Shown here: piece after piece, positions 26,906-34,768 of the stretch
Position numbering within the stretch: the stretch's first letter is position 1
Layout: every line of letters begins with the position of its first letter
Virus record (IMG/VR): IMGVR_UViG_3300005662_000106
Span: 1 to 36,164 of that record
Length of the DNA: 36,164 nt
Source of the DNA: a virus
Taxonomy: Duplodnaviria > Caudoviricetes
Reading direction: 5' to 3' (one strand)
Notes under the pieces: model-generated
Databases searched by the model: none
The model's input: only the letters and a program-made list of their open reading frames with translations
What the model was told of the DNA's origin: nothing
Position numbers and translations under genes: made by a program

Positions 26906-27409
26906 ATGGTAGAGAGTGCGACATACAGTGAATATAATATTAAAATATATAATTTAAATAATATTATTAATATTGCTGAACTTGATATATTTAAATATTT
27001 CCATATTAATAATATTATTATTAATTTTAAATCTCGCGACTGTAAACGATTAATTACCCATTTTATCATTAATAATATTTTAAAATATATCAAAAACCCC
27101 GAATCTGAAAAAGTTGTATTAAATTTTAATAATATAACATTACAAATTTTAGACAGTTGCCATTTAGATAATATTATTATTATAATTAATAAGGTATTAC
27201 GAAAATTTAAAATTTGTTATATTAATTATAATAATATTAATAATTTACAAACTACTGATCTTTTAGATATTAAACGAAATCTACAAAGATGTAATATTAC
27301 TTCAAATAAAATTTATAACATCAAAAAATTTTTAAAAGATGGTGGATTTAATCACCTCAATGATTCTCTGACTAATGATCAACAATTAAGATTGACATTA
27401 GCTAAATAG
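26906..27409 (+). CDS. Extremely AT-rich Asn/Ile-rich protein, possibly a degenerate T4 RNase H/PIN-like fold
   Basis: 167-aa ORF with TATAAT upstream; RLITHFIINNILKYIK...EKVVLNFN pattern. Confidence 0.55.
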   Translation: MVESATYSEYNIKIYNLNNIINIAELDIFKYFHINNIIINFKSRDCKRLITHFIINNILKYIKNPESEKVVLNFNNITLQILDSCHLDNIIIIINKVLRKFKICYINYNNINNLQTTDLLDIKRNLQRCNITSNKIYNIKKFLKDGGFNHLNDSLTNDQQLRLTLAK

Positions 27410-27414
27410 AATCA

Positions 27415-27795
27415 ATGAAATTTACGAAATTAGTTAATACAAAACTAAGGTTGTATGGTGAAGCAGAATTACCTGAGCTAGAACAGCCTGATGCAGCATT
27501 ACCACAACAAATAGATACAGCCTCTCCTTCTGAAGTAGATACCTTAAAACAAGATACTGATTCAAAAGTATCTTTAGTTATTAAAGGTACATTAGACATG
27601 GTAAGAGATATTGTTGGTGTTTTAAAACAAACATTTGCATCTGAATTAAATTCAACAAAAGGTGATTTTCTAGATAAAAAACTACAAGAAATTATAGATG
27701 CATCTAGCATAACAGATTCAGCTGCAGCTACACCGGAAAGGCTAGATGAAATACAAAGAAAAGTAAAAGAATTATTACCCGGAGGCGAAGTTTAA
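27415..27795 (+). CDS. Hypothetical late protein, candidate internal head protein
   Basis: TAAATA 6 nt upstream; MKFTKLVNTKLRLYGE leader. Confidence 0.7.
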   Translation: MKFTKLVNTKLRLYGEAELPELEQPDAALPQQIDTASPSEVDTLKQDTDSKVSLVIKGTLDMVRDIVGVLKQTFASELNSTKGDFLDKKLQEIIDASSITDSAAATPERLDEIQRKVKELLPGGEV

Positions 27796-27796
27796 T

Positions 27797-28297
27797 ATGC
27801 CATATAAAATCAAAAAACAAGGCTCTGGTTATTTTGTTTGTAATGCAAAAACAGGTAAAAAGAAAAATCTTAAAGCACATAAAACAAAAAAAGAAGCACA
27901 AAAACATCTTGCAGCACTTAACATCAATGTCAGAGAATCCTTTAATGATGTTTGCAATGATTTACTGAAGGCATATCTTATTGAAAATGTTCCTACCACA
28001 CCATTATCGGGTGCGTCTTTAGATTTAGATAATAATGATGAACATAAAGCTGCAGCAGCTGAGATGCTTAAGCAAGATCCCGAATTGCAAAATGAATTAG
28101 GAAAGTTTAATCAAATGAAAAAGGTTGTTGATACTAATACATGGAAAACAATCCCCTTAGATCAACAAAAGAAAATCATTGATATTGCTAAAAAAAGATT
28201 GCAACAAGGACAAAAAAATAATGCCGGGAACACAGGTGCACCAGCATTACCTCCTACTAATATTGCAGCAACTGGCGGTACCAGTAACGCCGCTTAA
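27797..28297 (+). CDS. Hypothetical late protein with a small basic N-terminal domain
   Basis: MPYKIKKQGSGYFVCNAKTG...HKTKKEAQKHLAAL, then an acidic helical part and a low-complexity tail. Confidence 0.7.
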   Translation: MPYKIKKQGSGYFVCNAKTGKKKNLKAHKTKKEAQKHLAALNINVRESFNDVCNDLLKAYLIENVPTTPLSGASLDLDNNDEHKAAAAEMLKQDPELQNELGKFNQMKKVVDTNTWKTIPLDQQKKIIDIAKKRLQQGQKNNAGNTGAPALPPTNIAATGGTSNAA

Positions 28298-28947
28298 CGT
28301 GTTTGTGAAAATTCTACAAATTTGTAGAATTCAGCTCGAGCATTGTTTCCGTTATCCATAAACGCACCAGACATCTTAGCTGTTCTCATGGTAGAATCAT
28401 GTTTGATTCCTCTATTTGAACAGCAGGTATGTTTACATTCAATTAATACAGCGACACCTTTATTATTTTCACAAATATTATTTACATAATCATGAATTTG
28501 TGAAGTTAAGCCTTCTTGGATTTGTGGCCGTCTAGCAAACCAATCAACAATACGATTAAGTTTAGATAAACCAATTACCTTTCCATCTACTGAAGGAATA
28601 TATGCAACATGTGCTACGCCAGTAAAAGCAGCATGATGATGTGAACAAAGGGATGTTACTTTAATATTGTTTTGACATACCATGCCATCATAACCATCTT
28701 CATTATCAAAAGCAGTAATATTTGGCGGTTCGTTATAACAACCAGAAATGAGATCATTAACAAATGCTTTAGCTACTCTTCGGGGTGTATCTGCACTATT
28801 AGTATCTGATTTCCAATCAAACTGCAGAGCATCTAAAAATTGAGCATATGCTGCAGCTGCTTTATCAATGATATTTTTCTTTTCTCCGTCGCTCAGTGGT
28901 AAATTACCATTGGCTCGAGTTAATAATTGATTACCTAATTTAGACAT
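28294..28947 (-). CDS. folE: GTP cyclohydrolase I
   Basis: DTPRRVAKA, SLCSHHH, GVAHVAYIP, IGLSKLNRIVDWFARRPQIQE, HTCCSNRG, RAEF. Confidence 0.96.
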   Translation of the reverse strand: MSKLGNQLLTRANGNLPLSDGEKKNIIDKAAAAYAQFLDALQFDWKSDTNSADTPRRVAKAFVNDLISGCYNEPPNITAFDNEDGYDGMVCQNNIKVTSLCSHHHAAFTGVAHVAYIPSVDGKVIGLSKLNRIVDWFARRPQIQEGLTSQIHDYVNNICENNKGVAVLIECKHTCCSNRGIKHDSTMRTAKMSGAFMDNGNNARAEFYKFVEFSQTR

Positions 28948-28948
28948 T

Positions 28949-28981
28949 AAACCATTATAAAATGGTTTCGGTTAATTTCAA
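28949..28981 (-). promoter_or_regulatory. folE promoter with an 8-bp inverted repeat over the -10 box
   Basis: TTGAAA-16-TATAAT-6-ATG; aaaccatt-ataa-aatggttt at 28949-28968. Confidence 0.75.
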
Positions 28982-29796
28982 TATTTTATGAGATAATTGA
29001 TAGCCACATAAGGTTGCATATTATTATGTGGTGTATTATTTCCGGCAGGTAAAGTATAACTAGCTGCTTCGCTGGTCTCTGTTACATAAGAAGACAATTC
29101 TGGTGAAAAAGTTTGACTATTATTTTTTGATTCTTCTAAAAATTGACCCAGCTTATCACCGGGCGAAAATACAATTATATTATAAGCACGGTCAGCACCA
29201 TAATATCTATTGCCGTAAGATCCTACATATGAATATTGCATTTTGGCAATATTAAAATACTGATGTGTATGACTGTTTAAATGAGAATGTCTAGGTAATT
29301 CTGATTCATTTAATTGATGGTAAAAATTACCATCATTGTTTGTATTCTTACCTAATGTAATACTTTCAGAATCTCTCCAATTTCCAAAGTTTGGTTTTAA
29401 AATTGATGCACCATTGCAAAACCCCATGATTACTCTACCTCTTAGATCTGGCAATCTAAAGGTCCCTGCCGCTGCAGGACCATATAGATTACCCAATATA
29501 TCGTATAATTTTTTGTATTTTACTCTTGATACCATATCACCATTACATAATAACCACCCAGGCATACTATCAACAGCTTCAACAGGACCCGCGTAAGATT
29601 TAATTGAACCAATAGGCATAACCTCATCTAATGATTCTTTTATTTCGTCTTTAATAAAGTTTATAAGATCATTTAATGGAGTAGCTCTAGTTTCAATTTT
29701 TTTATCTACTGGATTTTTTTGATTAACAACAAAATTTTCGTCACCTAATAATGCATATGTTTTTTTTAAATTTGAAATAGGCAATCCATTTTCCAT
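28978..29796 (-). CDS. Tail-collar-domain short fibre protein (paralogue 1)
   Basis: PIGSIKSYAG, GWLLCNG, FRLPDLRGR, HSHLNSHTH, PHNNMQPYVAINYLIKY. Confidence 0.88.
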   Translation of the reverse strand: MENGLPISNLKKTYALLGDENFVVNQKNPVDKKIETRATPLNDLINFIKDEIKESLDEVMPIGSIKSYAGPVEAVDSMPGWLLCNGDMVSRVKYKKLYDILGNLYGPAAAGTFRLPDLRGRVIMGFCNGASILKPNFGNWRDSESITLGKNTNNDGNFYHQLNESELPRHSHLNSHTHQYFNIAKMQYSYVGSYGNRYYGADRAYNIIVFSPGDKLGQFLEESKNNSQTFSPELSSYVTETSEAASYTLPAGNNTPHNNMQPYVAINYLIKY

Positions 29797-29797
29797 T

Positions 29798-30811
29798 TTA
29801 ATATTTAATTAAAAAGTTCATTGTGATATTAGGTTGAATATTTTTATGATAATTATTTCCGCCCTTTTCATTAGTAGTGGAACTGTTTTTAGTATAATTA
29901 TCAAATACATGATTTATTTCGGGTATAATTTTATTTCTATTATCAATTTCAGATTGAAAATCTTTTGTATAATTGAATATGAGACTAATGGGCTTTTTTT
30001 CAAGTTCGCCTTGTTTTCTTAGCTTAAAAATAAAATCTTTTACACTATTGTAATTATTGTTATGCAACATTGATCCCGATCCCTTATAGGCGTGATAAAA
30101 TCTACTATTTTCATATGTGGTATATTTGTCAGGTGAATATACTCCAATGTAATTCCAGTTTGTTGCAATGACATACGGAACTGACAACCCGAATACCGAC
30201 GAGAAACGCGGCAATTTTAATTTTTTGTAATTAAAAATAGTTGAGTAATTTAATATTTTATGTTTATGTGTAGGTACAAAATGTATGTGATCCTGAATAT
30301 CGGTATTTTGTAATTGTATATTAAACACGCCTCTATCCGGATAATTTGGATTATTACCTTCACCCAAATTAATTTTCTCGCCCGATATCCAATTACCAAA
30401 ATTAGGTTCAAACGATTCACCTGTAGATGAATATCCCATTTCTATGCGCCCCTTAAAATCAGGTAATGTAAAGTCTTCATCTGTAGAAGGTCCATATATT
30501 TCGCGAATTAAATTCCATAATGCAGGATATTCAACCTTTTTAACACGCCGGCCATTACAAAGTAACCATCCTTTTATAGATTCTTGACTCAAAACTTTTC
30601 CCGCATATGGTATTATAGTTCCAATTTCTACAGAAGTTGTTAGCATTTTTTTTGCTTCTTCTTTAGCTAATTTTGATACAACTGATAATGGTACTGTGCA
30701 TGTTTGATATTTGCCCGTATCATCTATTTGATTAATTAAAAATTCAACAGGACTTGCTGACAATGCATAAGATTTATCGAGATCTGAAATTTTTACAGGT
30801 ATATCAGCCAT
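29798..30811 (-). CDS. Tail-collar-domain short fibre protein (paralogue 2)
   Basis: IGTIIPYAG, GWLLCNG, FTLPDFKGR, HIHFVPTHKH, HKNIQPNITMNFLIKY. Confidence 0.88.
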   Translation of the reverse strand: MADIPVKISDLDKSYALSASPVEFLINQIDDTGKYQTCTVPLSVVSKLAKEEAKKMLTTSVEIGTIIPYAGKVLSQESIKGWLLCNGRRVKKVEYPALWNLIREIYGPSTDEDFTLPDFKGRIEMGYSSTGESFEPNFGNWISGEKINLGEGNNPNYPDRGVFNIQLQNTDIQDHIHFVPTHKHKILNYSTIFNYKKLKLPRFSSVFGLSVPYVIATNWNYIGVYSPDKYTTYENSRFYHAYKGSGSMLHNNNYNSVKDFIFKLRKQGELEKKPISLIFNYTKDFQSEIDNRNKIIPEINHVFDNYTKNSSTTNEKGGNNYHKNIQPNITMNFLIKY

Positions 30812-30817
30812 TTATCA

Positions 30818-30839
30818 TATTTAATTATATTCATAAATA
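30818..30839. promoter_or_regulatory. Back-to-back late promoter boxes
   Basis: tattta at 30818-30823 (6 nt to the ATG at 30811) and TAAATA at 30834-30839 (5 nt to the ATG at 30845). Confidence 0.72.
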
Positions 30840-30844
30840 TAAAC

Positions 30845-31267
30845 ATGAAACGTTTTAATAAGGTTATTGAAAATAGTCTTAAAGATAGTCAGTTGGTACG
30901 CGTAAAACTAAAAGTAGATCCCGCCAATTGTTCGTCTGGTGAAATATTAAAATATAATGGTTATGAAGGTTATATCCTCGCCGAAAATGAATCTACTTTT
31001 TCTGTTTATGTAGAAGACCTTGGATTAGTAGCTACTGTTCCTAAAACCATTGTTTCTATTCAAGACACTTTAGATCCATTACAAAAGTTAAAAATAAATG
31101 CATTGCAATTTTTAATTAGTAAAGGTTTAGTAAATGGATCTGATGAAATTCTTTTAAAGACAATCTATATGTCCCAGACTCCAGAATGTGTGGACTCTTA
31201 TCTGAGAGAAAAAGGATTAACAGATTTTGATATTTGTTCTATATACAGAAACGCTTTGTTTTGTTAA
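30845..31267 (+). CDS. Hypothetical late protein
   Basis: 140 aa; MKRFNKVIE leader; beta-rich VRVKLKVDP...YEGYILAE core. Confidence 0.7.
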   Translation: MKRFNKVIENSLKDSQLVRVKLKVDPANCSSGEILKYNGYEGYILAENESTFSVYVEDLGLVATVPKTIVSIQDTLDPLQKLKINALQFLISKGLVNGSDEILLKTIYMSQTPECVDSYLREKGLTDFDICSIYRNALFC

Positions 31268-32025
31268 TACTTTATAATATAATTTACAGCTAGGAACGGT
31301 TGTACATTATTATGTGGCATATCGCCACCCGTTTCTGTCAATGCTATAATTGTAGATGGTGTTGTTTTTTCATCATAAATAGGATTCCTGATACCTTTTT
31401 TTCTATTATTCACTTCTTTGAATACGGAATGATTATGGGGTGTAGTGGCTGAGTTGGTATCACCATCATTTTGCCACCATGTAAATTTTGTTAAGTCCAT
31501 ATAATTATGGGTATGTCCTACAGTATCATTATGTGTATGTGAAGGTATTTGACCTTCATTTAATGTATGTGTATATGAACCGCCCTCACTCCCTAATGAG
31601 ACATCTGGTAATTCTCCTCCTATAGGTACTGTGCCACTGTTTACCGCACAATATCCCAATGGTACGCGACCTTTAAAGTCTGGTAACGTAAATGTATCTG
31701 CAGTGACTGGTCCATATATTCCACCTATGGTTTGAAATAATTTACTGTACCTAACACGAGACACAACTTGTCCATTGCATAATAACCAACCATCTAATTT
31801 ATCAAATTGAAAAATATTACCAGCATACAATTTTATGCATCCTACTGGAATTTGTTGATTTAATAATTTTGCAACTGCATCTAAAATATATTTAGATATA
31901 TCATCAGAAGTGGTATACCGCGTTTCTAAGGCCCCTGCTTTATTTTCTTGATTAACAATAAAAACATCATTTCCATCGATTGGATATGCTTTTTGCAATT
32001 CTGATATTCTTATAATATTATCCAT
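31264..32025 (-). CDS. Tail-collar-domain short fibre protein (paralogue 3)
   Basis: PVGCIKLYAG, GWLLCNG, FTLPDFKGR, HTHNDTVGHTH, PHNNVQPFLAVNYIIKY. Confidence 0.88.
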   Translation of the reverse strand: MDNIIRISELQKAYPIDGNDVFIVNQENKAGALETRYTTSDDISKYILDAVAKLLNQQIPVGCIKLYAGNIFQFDKLDGWLLCNGQVVSRVRYSKLFQTIGGIYGPVTADTFTLPDFKGRVPLGYCAVNSGTVPIGGELPDVSLGSEGGSYTHTLNEGQIPSHTHNDTVGHTHNYMDLTKFTWWQNDGDTNSATTPHNHSVFKEVNNRKKGIRNPIYDEKTTPSTIIALTETGGDMPHNNVQPFLAVNYIIKY

Positions 32026-32059
32026 AGATTATCTATATTTAAGGTTTATGATTATTAAT

Positions 32060-32629
32060 ATGAGTACGTATGTTTCTACGAAATTAATTGAATTAGGTTC
32101 TTGTGCATTCCGTCAATGGCGTGCCACACATTCACATTGTAGTAAGATCCACGGATATCAATTGAAAGCTAAATTTTGGTTTGGTTGTTCAGAATTAGAT
32201 GAACGAAATTGGGCGGTAGACTTTGGCGGATTGAAAGAGCTTAAATCTAAGCTTCAAAATCAATTTGATCACACTTTATGTGTTGCTGCGGATGATCCGC
32301 AATTACCATTATTTCAAGTCATGAATAGTCAAGGTATTTGTGATCTTCGAATTATGGAAAAAGGTGTTGGTATTGAAAGAACCGCGGAATTTTGTTTTAA
32401 TATTGCTAATGAACACATTAAACAATTAACTGATGGTCGTTGCTGGGTTGAAAAAGTAGAAGTTTGGGAACATGAACTCAATTCAGCTTCATATGAAGCA
32501 CCAAGGGAAACGAAATCATTAAGTGATACGGTTGTTAATGCAGCTCAGGTTGCTAGTAAAGGCGCGCCAGTAGGAAATGAAGTAACGTCTGGATTAGGTG
32601 GATTCTTTAAGGGAACTACATGGGCATGA
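32060..32629 (+). CDS. queD: 6-carboxy-5,6,7,8-tetrahydropterin synthase (QueD/PTPS family)
   Basis: HCSKIHGY, LDERNWAVDFGGLK, FDHT, VEVWEHELNSASY; TATGAT 7 nt before the ATG at 32060. Confidence 0.88.
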   Translation: MSTYVSTKLIELGSCAFRQWRATHSHCSKIHGYQLKAKFWFGCSELDERNWAVDFGGLKELKSKLQNQFDHTLCVAADDPQLPLFQVMNSQGICDLRIMEKGVGIERTAEFCFNIANEHIKQLTDGRCWVEKVEVWEHELNSASYEAPRETKSLSDTVVNAAQVASKGAPVGNEVTSGLGGFFKGTTWA

Positions 32630-32823
32630 TAGAAAAAACAAGAGATCCAAATTTAATTGGTTTAGAAAGCAATGTATTTTCAAAAATAAATCAACTTTTA
32701 GGTTCTACTGAAAAGGTAGAACCTAAAAGTGATATTAAATTTATTTCTTTTGAAGATGCTTTAAAAGAATTGTTAGAATTAGAAAAGTCTAGTGTTGTAC
32801 CGACTCTAACTTCTTCACAATAA
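32626..32823 (+). CDS. Small hypothetical protein coupled to queD
   Basis: ATGA overlap with the queD stop; 3' end overlaps phoH. Confidence 0.55.
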   Translation: MIEKTRDPNLIGLESNVFSKINQLLGSTEKVEPKSDIKFISFEDALKELLELEKSSVVPTLTSSQ

Positions 32824-33556
32824 ACTTCAAGATCTGAGATCTTACAACTTCATTTTCAGTGAAGAGAAAGGCGTGAATTCCTTGCTCTTCACTTTCTTCA
32901 TTATTAAAGGCTTGTCTAATCTTAGAGAATCCTGATTTACTTCCTATATCTGCTTGGAACGAATCACCTATAATAATATATTTTGAATTCTCACCAAATC
33001 GAGTAAGAATAGTAGTCAATTCAGCAGTATTCATGTTTTGAGCTTCATCGACAATAACTACTGAGTCTCTAAATGTAAGACCGCGAACGAAATTTACAGG
33101 CATACATTTAACAAATTGATCTCTCATTAATTCACCACCTATTTTAGAACCAACTAGCTCATCTAATTTTTCCATTAAAGGTAAAGACCATGGTTGGAAC
33201 TTTTCTTGTAATTCACCAGGCAAAGAACCCATACTTTTAGATGCACTTTCTACAATACTTCTAATATAGATAATATTATTGATGGATTTTGTTTTGAGCA
33301 TTTGAAGACCCGCTAATACTGCTAGATAGGTTTTAGCTGTACCTGCCGGACCATCAACAAAGACCATTTTTGTTTGGTCATACATTAGCATTTCTAAGAA
33401 TGAATTATGAACATCATTTAGTTTGAATTTATTTTGTATTTTAAAATTACAAAACCAATCTTTTCGTTTGCTAATTTCTAAGTTATGAAGAAGTACATCT
33501 GCATCTAATTTAAGATCCTCTTCTCCTTGCATCCGTTTTCTGGTTTTCTTGGCCAT
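32789..33556 (-). CDS. phoH: PhoH-like ATPase
   Basis: GPAGTAKTYLA, GSLPG, RGLTF, IVDEAQN, GDSFQAD, VVRS. Confidence 0.93.
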   Translation of the reverse strand: MAKKTRKRMQGEEDLKLDADVLLHNLEISKRKDWFCNFKIQNKFKLNDVHNSFLEMLMYDQTKMVFVDGPAGTAKTYLAVLAGLQMLKTKSINNIIYIRSIVESASKSMGSLPGELQEKFQPWSLPLMEKLDELVGSKIGGELMRDQFVKCMPVNFVRGLTFRDSVVIVDEAQNMNTAELTTILTRFGENSKYIIIGDSFQADIGSKSGFSKIRQAFNNEESEEQGIHAFLFTENEVVRSQILKFIVKKLESVQH

Positions 33557-33605
33557 TAAACTTATTTATGGGTGATTTGCGTACATGTCTATATTATTAT
33601 AAAAC

Positions 33606-34355
33606 ATGGATAACTTAGAAAATGAAAGTCTTTTTTTGAGCGACGATAAGCTCTTTTATACTCTCGAAGGAGAAGGCATGTATGTTGGCATGCCTTCTGT
33701 TTTTATGAGATTGTCAATGTGTAACCTTACGTGTAAAGGATTTGCATCACCAGATTCACCACACGGCTGTGATTCTTATATCTCTTGGAGTGTAAAAAAT
33801 AAAACATCCTTTAAAGAGATTGACGAATATATGGTTGATAGTGGTTTTAATTTGAGATTAAAACAAAATGCTATTTTTAAAATCACAGGTGGTGAACCTT
33901 TTATTCAAGAAAAGAAGTTATTAAAATTTATTCAATATTTTGAGTATAAGAACGGGTTTATTCCAATTATTGATTTTGAAACAAATGGTACGCTGATTCC
34001 TTCAGATGAATGGAAAGAATTAAAAGCTACATTTACTGTATCACCAAAATTAGCCTCAAATGGAGATCCGGAAGAAAAACGATATAATCCAGATGCTTTA
34101 AAATGGCATGCAGATAGTGGTCGCTCATTTTTTAAATTTGTGGTGCAATCAGAAAATGATATTGATGAAATTGTAGAAAAATATATTAATAAATTTTATT
34201 TAGATAATAAAAATATTTGGTTTATGCCATGCTGTGGTTCTAGAGAAGAACATACGGAAAAAGCCACTCAAGTAGCTGAATGGGCTAAGCAATGGGGCGT
34301 TAATTTTTCACCACGACTTCATCTTGTTCTTTGGAATAAAGCTTTAAAGGTATAA
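33606..34355 (+). CDS. queE: 7-carboxy-7-deazaguanine synthase (radical SAM)
   Basis: FYTLEGEG, SVFMRLSMCNLTC...GCDS, ITGGEP, FETNGT, TVSPKL, FKFVV, SPRLHLVLW. Confidence 0.93.
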   Translation: MDNLENESLFLSDDKLFYTLEGEGMYVGMPSVFMRLSMCNLTCKGFASPDSPHGCDSYISWSVKNKTSFKEIDEYMVDSGFNLRLKQNAIFKITGGEPFIQEKKLLKFIQYFEYKNGFIPIIDFETNGTLIPSDEWKELKATFTVSPKLASNGDPEEKRYNPDALKWHADSGRSFFKFVVQSENDIDEIVEKYINKFYLDNKNIWFMPCCGSREEHTEKATQVAEWAKQWGVNFSPRLHLVLWNKALKV

Positions 34356-34356
34356 T

Positions 34357-34764
34357 ATGGATACAAAAAAAGTATCGAAAATCTTTATCATGAATGGTGA
34401 TAAAGTATTATTATTATTGTCTAAATATTTAAACAAATATCATCTACCTGGTGGTCATGTAGATGAAGGTGAGACCTTTGAGCAAGCATTACAACGCGAA
34501 GTATTTGAAGAAACAGGTCAAAAATTAAAATATTATCATCGTATGGGGTTCACCAGTTATAATATTTGTTTATATATTGGTAGATTAAATTCTACTAATA
34601 TTAAATTATCTGATGAACATTCAAAATATATTTGGGCACCCGTTAAGGATGCATTAAAATTGAATGTATGTAAATTCACATTCAGAGATATTAGGTATCT
34701 TCAAACCCTTCTAAAAGTAACTAAAAATACAGTCATTGACTCTCCTGAAGAAGAAAGTAATTAA
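34357..34764 (+). CDS. Nudix hydrolase
   Basis: Intact Nudix box GGHVDEGETFEQALQREVFEETGQ; LSDEH..Y.W. Confidence 0.92.
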   Translation: MDTKKVSKIFIMNGDKVLLLLSKYLNKYHLPGGHVDEGETFEQALQREVFEETGQKLKYYHRMGFTSYNICLYIGRLNSTNIKLSDEHSKYIWAPVKDALKLNVCKFTFRDIRYLQTLLKVTKNTVIDSPEEESN

Positions 34765-34768
34765 TGTT

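Noticed and set aside
1386-29596. Short ORF-track entries opposite or inside real genes (e.g. 1386-1574, 3193-3405, 10006-10353, 10927-11292, 20255-20653, 27402-27710, 29336-29596)
   Set aside because: They are shadow frames fully overlapping well-supported genes, with no motifs or promoter boxes.
28978-32025. Diversity-generating retroelement or shufflon acting on the collar paralogues
   Set aside because: No reverse transcriptase or recombinase in the window, no near-identical TR/VR pair, and the paralogues are diverged at DNA level.
28294-34355. Pathway serving tRNA queuosine or folate only
   Set aside because: Not favoured: no tgt, queF, queA or folate genes in the window, and the genes are embedded in the DNA replication module. 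It cannot be fully excluded without the rest of the genome.
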